A stretch of DNA of 64,000 nucleotides from Rhynchobatus australiae. Its lineage: Eukaryota. Position numbers and translations under genes: made by a program. Below the pieces are notes generated by a model. That model saw only the letters and a program-made list of their open reading frames with translations. It did not search any database and was not told the DNA's origin. Of this stretch, positions 37,001 through 47,736 are shown one piece after another. Position 1 is the first letter of the stretch. The number at the start of each line of letters is the position of its first letter. The stretch is from NCBI GenBank assembly GCA_034780895.1, contig JAUZTB010000076.1, positions 47,858,203 through 47,922,202 on the forward strand, read 5' to 3'.

Positions 37001-40000
37001 GTCCACATGAATAATTGTATCATATGCAAATTCAAGATATAGTCCATGGATCTTATCCAGTTAGCATTTGGTCTTTTTAGGGTAGAAACTGAACAGTTTC
37101 ATGCTTATTTTAGGAGGCACAAAATGAGCTTAGCAATGAGCATTTCAAGGTAATAATGTCCCTGGATTGATTAGTGCCTGAGATNNNNNNNNNNNNNNNN
37201 NNNNNNNNNNNNNNNNNNNNNNNNNNNNNNNNNNNNNNNNNNNNNNNNNNNNNNNNNNNNNNNNNNNNNNNNNNNNNNNNNNNNTGCCTGAGATATGTGC
37301 ACCATGTCATTGGTACCTTTTGGTTCTTGGGCACTTGTGGCATGTTCTGAAGATGTGCATTAGGGCATGAATCTGCTTTGGGACCCCTTTGTTAGATGAG
37401 GTCTGCTTCCTCAGGATTCTTTTGGAGCCATCACGGTACAGGCAATGACTGCCATTGCATAGCAAAATTTAGAATGTTCTAGAACTTTTCCAGTTCCACT
37501 GCACACCTTGGCATTTGTCTAATTCATAATTGCTCCCACTAATGTTCTAACCCTCTTTAGGCCTCTCCTCTCTTCTGTGCACCACCTCCCCCCTCATCAT
37601 TAAAGCAGCCTAACATCTGCAGATCGCTTGGGCAAGATAGGATGGCTGGAATTGAAATGCTACCAATAGGTGAATGATCTCAGAGGCCCCGGCAGATCAC
37701 CCAGAATGATTGCAACGAGTCTTAAGGTCCAATCCCAAGTGAGCCTCAGGCCACGAGTCTGGTGCTTGCATTCCTTGCCTGAGGTTGGAAAAAGGGAAGA
37801 AACAATTTTTACCCCTGAGAATTTTTGACTGCTCAAATCCAGTACAATAAATATTTAAGTTATGCTTTTTAATTGTGTACATTTCGAGGATTATAATTGC
37901 AATCAGAACAGCATTTCAGCTTTGCTGACGTGCGTGAAGGAAACAATGCTTAAAATTGCACAGGTTAGTTTGTTCAAAGTTTGGCTAAAATATATTCCCT
38001 TGATCACAAACTCAGTCTTCCATGAGCCAGTGTAACATAACGTAATGTGATAGTTTAGTGTTCCTTTAGTGTATTTAAATGTGGTAACCTGGTGCAGGTC
38101 TATCAATGCACCTGAAAATGGGAGCATTTTTAATAAGCTATTTACTTGTAGATAATTGATTTAGAGTCACTGAAAATTACTTAAAAAAATGGTTTTAAAC
38201 TATTTAATAGCTTTTTAAAATACCTCATTAGGAAGGTAAATTCTTTTTAACTGTTTATTTTTCAATATGCCTCCCAACAAAATGACTGCAATGTGAAGGT
38301 CCCTTCAAACCAGCACAGTCATAGGAATCTTGTTTCATTCTGTAGACGGGGCCTGATTCAGAAGAATTGGATCTTAAACCAGTAAAACTCACTTTGAATA
38401 TAATTTGGATTGCAATTGGTATTACCAACATGAGCAAGTAGGAACTCAACAACAATTCTGTTCTTCTACCTACATTATTAATATGCATTTCATATTGGTA
38501 CAATATTAGTGGATTTTGGAGGCACTGTACAATAAGTTGATATATTTATTTGTAACAGCTTGAGGTGGACCCAAGAAATCATCTGTTCCTTCTCTGGGAT
38601 AATTTTGGCATCAATTTCTTTCTGTAAGCTAAGGGCCATTCATATTAATCCAGCTTTTCCACTGAATGGCGTGTGTGTTTGTTTTGAATTGGCATTCTGC
38701 ATGTTCTGATACAATTTATTCTTTTACAAACCTGCATTCCAGTGAAACCAATAAATGAACTTATTGTCCTAAACTTGATCAAAGAATTATCTTCCAAAAT
38801 AAATCTGCAAAATGATTTCACATTCAGAATTTCAAGATAACTAAAACTCTAAATATTTTAAATTTTTATGTGCGCTCTTGAGTTGCTTTCTTGTTTTTTT
38901 TCATGTGTTTCATATTTAAATAACTCAAAGTGCTTGTGGGTTTTACACTTTTGAACAACTGAGAGTGAACTGATGTAACTTGGGAGCTTGGAGTGATCCA
39001 GCAAGCTGGTCTTGGTCAACAAGTGACCCTCTCACCACTCCCAGAACAAGCCAGTGGAGGGGGGAAAAGTAAGGGTAATGCCAGTGAGCAATAGGTGGCT
39101 CTGGCTGTGCAGTGTGAAGGGTGCTGGGTGATAGTACAATGGGAGAAATGTTAAGTTGAACTGTGCAGTTCTTTAAAGGGTTTATGAGATTGTTCTTATT
39201 TTGTATTTTTGTAAGTGGGTTGATTCAAACATTGAGAAAATACAAGATTAAATAATGAGTAAATATGATGTTGATTGTTCCTCGAGGGTTCAAGTAATAA
39301 AGGCTTACTGGTTAAAGTATGTTTTTCTGCAGCATTTCTTCAAATGAAGACAATGGGAGAAGATCAGACTTTGTCAGACGAACAGATGAAAGGGGTTGCT
39401 TTGAATACAAACTACCCTTGTACAAGTTTACTGTGACAACTTTGCTTTTGTTTATTGGAGTAGTGTCAAAAAGAAAATTTACTGCTTTGCACCATAGTCT
39501 CCTTTGCAATGACCCCATGACAGTAGCGGTAGCGATTATATAACACGNNNNNNNNNNNNNNNNNNNNNNNNNNNNNNNNNNNNNNNNNNNNNNNNNNNNN
39601 NNNNNNNNNNNNNNNNNNNNNNNNNNNNNNNNNNNNNNNNNNNNNNNGCGATTATATAACACGTAAAATCCTGTTCTGTGGAGAACTGAAAGAATTTTCC
39701 ACATAATAAAGTTTTGTGCTGATACTGTGAGCATGCTTAAAATCATATTTATTAGTGGTAAATTCAATTATGTTGGCAGTATAAGTGTGCGTGGTTCAGC
39801 TGACCACTGCATTTATGGTACATGAAGTTTTATTTTCGACCTGTTTCCTCCACAGTTAGAAGAGGGAGTTAAATTAGAAATGCTGTATTTGCTGTAAAAC
39901 TTCAGACTCAATAAGGAGAGTAAATGTGTATGTTGAAGTCTAAATTTATAGATTAAGATCTGTGGTTGGATATTTCCTGTTTCAGTTTGTTTCCTGGCTT

Positions 40001-40134
40001 GAGGAAGGACACGGAGAGGTTGTCTTGCTCTTGTGCTTCTCTGGCCACATTGACAGCACTCAAATCTCATCCAAGTGTTTACCCTGATGATGTGCCAACT
40101 TCTTGAATTAGCTTTTGATACCCTCTTTTGAAAT

Positions 40135-40335
40135 TAATGGGTCAAGTAGCATCTGTAGCAGGAAAGGTCTTGTCGATGTTCCACATCAAGACCCTGTATC
40201 TGGACTGATGCAGGATGTCAAGCCGAAACGTTGATCATTCCTTTCCCTCTACAGATGCTGCTCGACCTGCTGAGTTCCTCCAGTGTTTTGTTTTGCTCCA
40301 GATTCCAGCATCTGCAGTCTTCTGTGTCTCCTTTT
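40135..40335. mobile_element. Short palindromic Penelope-end-derived element
   Basis: ggtcaagtagcatctgtag pairs with ctacagatgctgctcgacc; followed by tgctgagttcctccag...gattccagcatctgcagtc. Confidence 0.75.
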
Positions 40336-42229
40336 GAAATTAATATTGGTTGGAGATAAATGAGCATATTCGTAGTTCTTGGTGGTGTCTTTGCGACTTC
40401 TGAAGATAGTTGTGTGCAAAGAAATATGTGTAAGAGGACAAGTGCCAAATTCTAGCCAGAACATCAATGGGGATACTTTTAGGAGCCAGATAAGTCTGAT
40501 TGAGTAACACTTTAAAAGAAAAATATTGAAGTTGTAGGATGAACCCAAGCATGTATTGGGTTCCTTGCACTTCAATGTTAAGTTATACGGTTCTGCATTT
40601 TGGATTGTAATTTTGTAGCTAAATATTATGTTATTGAGTGTAGTATTATTTCCTCACCTTGCCTACCTTGGCAATCCCCTTCCTGAACATAGATTCATGA
40701 AAGATAGAACACTGCAGTTAATGTCAGTAAGGAATTAAGGATTTTTTTTTACAATGATACTTTGTCTCCATGGGATATTAACAACAGAAACTCTTGAAGT
40801 CTTCTTTGCCCAATGAGAAAACTGTTGTTCGCATAGTTCAATTATTCACAGGCCTTATAAAAATTCATAAATAATTGAATACATTAAGGTTCTTGATTAA
40901 AATTTTCCTGCACTACATTCCAGTATGTGCTGCTTGATAGAATTTATTGGTCAAAATGTTCTTCTCGCCCCTATCCATCAGGACATAGTAAGGCAAAGAG
41001 CAAAATAGCCAGGAGTTGAGAGGTTTGTGAAATGATTCTCAGAAACTTTTTTTGGAATTTGAAGTGTGTTATACAGCATTCCATTGAAATGGAATTCTCT
41101 TGATGCCTTTGTTTAGTCACAACTACGTACTGAATATGAGGGACAGAAATAACATTTTTTTCCCGAGTGAGAGGGATATAGAAAAGACTTGTTTTATTCT
41201 CTGCCCACATTAATGAACTGATGGAATAATGTTTCATCAATTGAAATTACAAAAAGGTTTCTGAGAAATCAATTATTTCACAAACATCTCATTTCCTTAT
41301 TCTGGCTGCTTTGCTCTTTGGCTTCTTATGGCCTGACTGATAGGGCTGAGGGGAACATTTTGAGCTGAATTTTGTGTGTGTGTATTAGCACTTGACAGCC
41401 ATCTGTGAATGAATTTTATTCAGGTAACTGTCCTTGGCTACTTTTAATAGATCATTATTCTGCAAATCACTGGCCTGACAGATAACTTGGATGAAATGTG
41501 GAAGAACTGACTTTAATATTCAGATTAGCAAACAAACTGACTTCAGCAATTAAAAGTTAGTTGGCTGAATATTGGTTAGGATAAACCAGGGACAAAATTA
41601 ATTGCCATTTAGGAAAGGATAGGCTAACAAATGGATATGAATCAACATTTGTGAAAGGAATTTCAAGTTTTGGTAAAAGATTCAAGGTTCTTGATGAAGT
41701 AGAAGGAGATCTGTTGAGGATAGTGCATTTAGGGAATGTTTTATGTTTACCCAAAAGTACATTCCCAGTCTGTAGCATCAAACAGAGGCAGCTGCACCCT
41801 GTAATTAGTTCCATTCTTCTGACTGGTGATGGTCTTTCAGAAGGCCTTTGGTGAAGCCCTATGCCATAGATCAGGCTACAACTATGGAGAGGCCAGATCT
41901 TACTATACCTGGTCTACCACATGAAATCATGCCCGAGGTCCTTGCATGCCTCCGCATTCTGAGATTGGCCAGGGATTTGGAGATGGCAGTGTACTTTACA
42001 TGTTACTCACAAAGAATCCACAAATGTGGATGCACAACGCTGATGTCAGTGAGGGAATTGTAAGAGAACTGAAGCTACCTGATGTATTGAAGTCTTTGTT
42101 AAGCATCAAGCACTGGTGTTCTTGTGGTGGCAGGGTGAGTTATGTCAATGTGCAGATTAGAAACAAAGGGCTTTAGTCTCGAGTGCGAGAACTACAGGCT
42201 AGTAGATGGGATTATTGAGCTAAGCATTT

Positions 42230-44530
42230 TCATCTGTGACAACAGGAACCTTTAAAGGTTGGAGAAATGACCGAAGCTCACTACATCAGGAACAGAGCAG
42301 TCTATGATAAAGCTCAAGAGCCCTTAATTTCTTGTGCAGAGCAGATAGATATTATTTGCCCTGGAAAACATTGCAATTGAGGTGAAGGACAAAACGGGGG
42401 CTGCTCAGTGGGAAACCATAAGAGAAGCAAGAGGATGATCTTGCCAATTAAGATGGGCTGAATTTGCACACCACTTCATTACAATGCCTGGCCCCATATG
42501 TAATGAAAGATGTTATGTCTGAGATGATAGATTACAGATTCAATTAATCCAGTACGCCTAGAGATGGTTGAAAGTTAGAATTTTGGAATGGAAACCCAAG
42601 GTCAGGTGAGACCACTTTGATTGCACATTAGTGTAGAAGAATCTGTGGCAACAATGTAGTTTGGCACCAGCTTGAACTGTGCACTGTAGGACAAGTTTGT
42701 GTGCAATTTATCAGAGGAGCAAATTCAGTCTAAATTATTGAATGTGCCAGATTAAAGGTTTAATATAAAGTAGCCACATTGATGGAGATGGTTTCTCCAA
42801 ATTTTTGCAGGTGCATAATGTCAGTGNNNNNNNNNNNNNNNNNNNNNNNNNNNNNNNNNNNNNNNNNNNNNNNNNNNNNNNNNNNNNNNNNNNNNNNNNN
42901 NNNNNNNNNNNNNNNNNNNNNNNNNNTGTCAGTGTTAATGCACTGTCTGGTCATGTGGCAGCAGCAAAGGAGACAGTTCTTAGTTGAAGCCCAAGTCACG
43001 TGAGTTTGTTTCAAAAAAGTGAGACTGGTAGAAAAAGCTGCTGACAGTGTAGTGCTCTAGAGCAGCAAAATGCTTTAACTACAAGAAGGGCCCAGAGCCT
43101 CAGTGAGCGTGGCTAGGCCCAGTTTTGTAGGTCAGAGTAACATCGGTCAAATAGGTTCTTGGTGCAGGGGAAACGTTGATAATAGAATGCCGCAAGGGAG
43201 GGACTTGGATCACACTGAAGCTGCTGAGTTTCTGGAAATGCAAAGATTTTTAAAATAAAATGAAGGTTAATGATCATTGAACATCAATACAACTGCTGAT
43301 TGCTTGATTATGGGAAAGGATATGATTTTTAGCAAAGTGCCTGTCTACAAAAAACAAGTTTCCGATCATAATGAGGAATTGTATATTGCACCTGACTGGG
43401 CTTTCACGAGCTCTGCATAATGCAGTGAGATGGTGAACACACCAGATCAGATGCTATATGGAGCTTACCATAATGATCAGAAAGTGAAGTTTGCAGTTTC
43501 TCTAGCCAACAAACAAACCGACTCTGTGAGGGAAAGATTGGTTCAAGGAGAGAATGGTGGAATGGAAGAATATTGTGTGAGACTACTCTAAGTACATGTA
43601 GATGAACATCTGGAGCAACACTTGGGTCAATTCAAAGACTTGTATAGTTCTTGTCAGGTAGTCAATTCTCGTTGGTCACAAACCACTTTCCCCCTCGGTT
43701 ATTCTTGGATCCAAGTCAGCATTTCCTGTAATGGTAGCCTCAAAATGTATAGATAGGCCATTCTCCCCACCCAATCTGGTTATCGCTGAATACTAATCAT
43801 CCGAATGGTGGACACACAATTCAAGGCTGCCTTGAGAAAACACTGATGCAAATGTAGTAAATACAGTGCACATCTGACAGACTGATCTTCCTACAGCAAT
43901 GGTGGAGATAAAAAGATTGACACAGAAGGATCCAATACTAAAACATAACTTACAAGTGTACTCTGAGAGGCTTGAATAATTCAAACTCATGTTTGGATGA
44001 GATCATAAAGCCTTTCCATGTTACAAACTGCTTGTAAATCAATACGGCATCAAATGTGGCCACATAATAGTTATACGCAAAGGATTACAAGGCAGAATAA
44101 GGGAAGGACTTCACTTGGAGGATTAGAACTTCATTAACATGAAAGCAGTAGTTTGTAGCTTTTTCTATGGGCTTGGCATTGCAGGAATCTGGAAGAAATG
44201 GTCAGCACAGTGTACATTCTGCCAATTCTACTGATTACAGCTGCTGAGAGCATCAAATATGGCTGATGAGGCCATTCTAGTGTGTTCACAGAGGTCATTG
44301 TGAGAAAGATGTGGACAACTTACTGATGTCGGTGGACAGCCATTCAAAATGAAATGAGCTGAAATGTGTGGGTCAGGCACCACCAGATGTAGAATTGGAG
44401 AACTTGAACCTATTTAATCAGATAATGGCCCACAATTCTGGGTAAGTCATTTGAACAGTTTGTGAAGTAAATAGGCTCAGACCTCTTGTATCATCCGGCC
44501 TCAGATGGAGGATCTATGAGATAAGTACAN
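42230..44530 (+). mobile_element. Decayed Gypsy/Ty3 LTR retrotransposon (RNase H and integrase clear; upstream part tentative)
   Basis: QFSLVTNHFP (~43662), NSRLP, EIKRLTQKDPIL, zinc-binding IVIRKGLQGRIREGLH...MKAVVCSFFYGLGI...QCTFCQ (44046-44225), SVDSHSK, SDNGPQF (44418), YHPASDG (44489) in Gypsy order. Confidence 0.85.
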
Positions 44531-44639
44531 NNNNNNNNNNNNNNNNNNNNNNNNNNNNNNNNNNNNNNNNNNNNNNNNNNNNNNNNNNNNNNNNNNNNNN
44601 NNNNNNNNNNNNNNNNNNNNNNNNNNNNNCATGCAATAA

Positions 44640-45400
44640 AAGAGGCCCTAAAGAAGGAAGCCACAATGTATATTACATTTCAATATATATTCCTCCTTCA
44701 AGATGCTCAGTTTCCAATAGCAACTATACATAACTTCCAGTATCCACTGTGCATTACGTCTCATACCCATGGTACATATTCAACATGCTGCATTTGTTAC
44801 TCACAATGTTGTCTCTTTCAGGAAACCAAATGTAGATTGTGTAGCAACTTTGCAGAATGCCTCTGTTCACTCTGCAAGGTTGAGCTTGAGCTTCCAGCTG
44901 CCTGTCAACTTTGAACCTGCAACCTACTCCTACTCTGAGCTCTGCCCCCTCTACCGTGCCCACAGAGTTCAAGGAATAGCACGTCATCTTACAACTCTGC
45001 ACATTACAGTCTTCGAGGTTCAACAATTTAAAAATAATCAGCCATTTTGACCTTGCCTCTCATTACCAAAACTTTTCTTTTCTCTCCTCTCCTGGTTGTT
45101 CTGGATTTCATTCATCATTTCCTACTTTCACCTACTCCAGGCAGACCTGTTGTTTGCTGGCATTTACCCAGTCTCTCAGCCAACATCACCATTCAAACTT
45201 TCGTCACTTCTATCCTAGCACTGACCTTTCCTTTTTGTTAATGACCTCCTCCCTTTCTCTGCAACTTGAAAGTTATTTGACTGCAAACTCTCCCCAATTC
45301 TGGTTTATTCTGTTTCTGTCTCCACAGATGGTGGCTGACCAGCTGAGTACTTCCAGCATTGTTTTCATTTCAGATTTTGAGCGTCAGCAGGATTTTATTT
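44640..45400 (+). mobile_element. Penelope-like element 3' part (GIY-YIG and terminal repeat)
   Basis: ORF 44666 CCICYSQCCLFQETKCRLCSNFAECLCSL...LPAACQL (cf. YCI.CS.C.L.YIGETKRRL..RF.EHL...LPVA.HF); ends with cagatggtggctgaccagctgagtacttccagcatt. Confidence 0.8.
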
Positions 45401-46239
45401 TTGGCCCTATAGTACATCAACCTTTTTATTGAGCATTGTGCCTGTTAAACTTTGTCAGCCTGGCAATGTAATGGCTTCAGGAATGCTAGTCCTCCAGTAT
45501 TGCCATGGTNNNNNNNNNNNNNNNNNNNNNNNNNNNNNNNNNNNNNNNNNNNNNNNNNNNNNNNNNNNNNNNNNNNNNNNNNNNNNNNNNNNNNNNNNNN
45601 NNNNNNNNNNNNNNNNNNNNNNNNNNNNNNNNNNNNNNNNNNNNNNNNNNNNNNNNNNNNNNNNNNNNNNNNNNNNNNNNNNNNNNNNNNNNNNNNNNNN
45701 NNNNNNNNNNNNNNNNNNNNNNNNNNNNNNNNNNNNNNNNNNNNNNNNNNNNNNNNNNNNNNNNNNNNNNNNNNNNNNNNNNNNNNNNNNNNNNNNNNNN
45801 NNNNNNNNNNNNNNNNNNNNNNNNNNNNNNNNNNNNNNNNNNNNNNNNNNNNNNNNNNNNNNNNNNNNNNNNNNNNNNNNNNNNNNNNNNNNNNNNNNNN
45901 NNNNNNNNNNNCTACATTTTGTCCTTTTTTTTCCATTGATGAATTCTGCAGAAGTGCATCCAATCAAGAGTTGCAACTCCTAAAGGCTGATTTATTCAGT
46001 TCATTCTGTAATTTTTGGATATATTATCCTGGATCAATCAAGAGAAGACTGGATTTTTTTAACAGTATGCCTGCCCTCTAGTGTCTATTGTATTCAAGTA
46101 CAATGCATACCACTTCCTTTTCAGAATTTCAAGGTGATAACAACCGTCTTCAAGAATGAACTCGGTTAACAGTTTAATAAGAAAAAAATGACCTCAGAAA
46201 TTTAGCAACCATATCATGCAATAAAAAATGAATGCACCA

Positions 46240-46640
46240 TGGGAGGCTTTCAAGCAAGATGGGCCTCACCAATACCAGAAGAAAAAGGAAGGCTGCTGTA
46301 CTCAAAACCGCTGGCAGCTCCAAACAATTTTGTCCTTTGGTGGGGGTCATTGAGTAGCTTTTCTGATGGGTCAGATGGACTAAGAAGAGGGTAATAGACT
46401 GCATGTTCTCAGGCTCCATAACTTTCTTTGGATACTGCCTTGGAAAGTTTAAATCAGAATCAGGGATGTGAACAGTAATCCTGATGAGGTTGGACTGCTA
46501 AGCATGGAAGTAAACAAGACATCTGAAGCTGTCTGAAGAGATGTAACAACTGTTCTTTATGGTTGTGGCAGCTTTCTTTCTGCTTCTGGTGCTAACATTT
46601 GGATGATGCATGATCTAATTTGGATTGTGCATTATGGTTG
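46240..46640 (+). mobile_element. Decayed RTE-like LINE fragment
   Basis: GLT...K.K and VILMRLDC*AWK*TRHLKL (cf. VLP.LLYGCE.WT.Y.RHLK.L). Confidence 0.35.
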
Positions 46641-47228
46641 CTGTGGTAACCAAACTCAACACCATTTGGCAATACCATATCGGCAGCAAATCAAAAGCAA
46701 TTCCAATACTTGAAACTTCCATGACAAACCAGCCATCAAAGTTAAAACTATAACAACTCTATTCCTCTGTTATTATTATAATTATAGTAAGCATTATTAT
46801 AATGTTGTTTTAAACACTCCTGTGANNNNNNNNNNNNNNNNNNNNNNNNNNNNNNNNNNNNNNNNNNNNNNNNNNNNNNNNNNNNNNNNNNNNNNNNNNN
46901 NNNNNNNNNNNNNNNNNNNNNNNNNNNNNNNNNNNNNNNNNNNNNNNNNNNNNNNNNNNNNNNNNNNNNNNNNNNNNNNNNNNNNNNNNNNNNNNNNNNN
47001 NNNNNNNNNNNNNNNNNNNNNNNNNNNNNNNNNNNNNNNNNNNNNNNNNNNNNNNNNNNNNNNNNNNNNNNNNNNNNNNNNNNNNNNNNNNNNNNNNNNN
47101 NNNNNNNNNNNNNNNNNNNNNNNNNNNNNNNNNNNNNNNNNNNNNNNNNNNNNNNNNNNNNNNNNNNNNNNNNNNNNNNNNNNNNNNNNNNNNNNNNNNN
47201 NNNNNNNNNNNNNNNNNNNNNNCTATCC

Positions 47229-47736
47229 TTTGAAAATGGAGTTTTCTCACTAAAACAACAGGGTCCACATATAGCTGAATTGTCAGTTGAAATCACATTA
47301 TTACTCCAAAGATTTTTGTATTGATACACTATCTAAATTCTAAATCTGTATGAGGAATCCAGGAATGATATTCTGGCATAGTAGGAATGTTCAAGTGGTG
47401 TTCCTCTGTCCTTCTGAACATGCCCCAACTTTGGAAATAGAATACAAATTAAGTAAAAAGAAAATCTCTGCTTCTTCAGCTTTCGAAAAGATTTTGCTGG
47501 CCTTTGTCAAGTAATAGTTACTAAGAGAAGTAAAGAAACCTTGTAGGCTTGATGCCATGTTTCTATCCGGGGAGGAACAGCACTTGAACATTCCTACTAT
47601 ACCAGAATATCATTCCTGGATTCCTCATGAATTTAGAATTTAGATAGGGTAATAATAACACAAGATCTTTGAAGTAATAATGTGAGTTCAGCTGTATGCA
47701 GAGTCTGTTGCTTCAGTGAGAAAACTCCATTATCAA
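47229..47736. repeat. Long imperfect inverted repeat (foldback/MITE-like)
   Basis: 47229-47406 is the reverse complement of 47572-47736, e.g. atgaggaatccaggaatgatattctggcatagtaggaatgttcaagtg versus cacttgaacattcctactataccagaatatcattcctggattcctcat. Confidence 0.95.
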
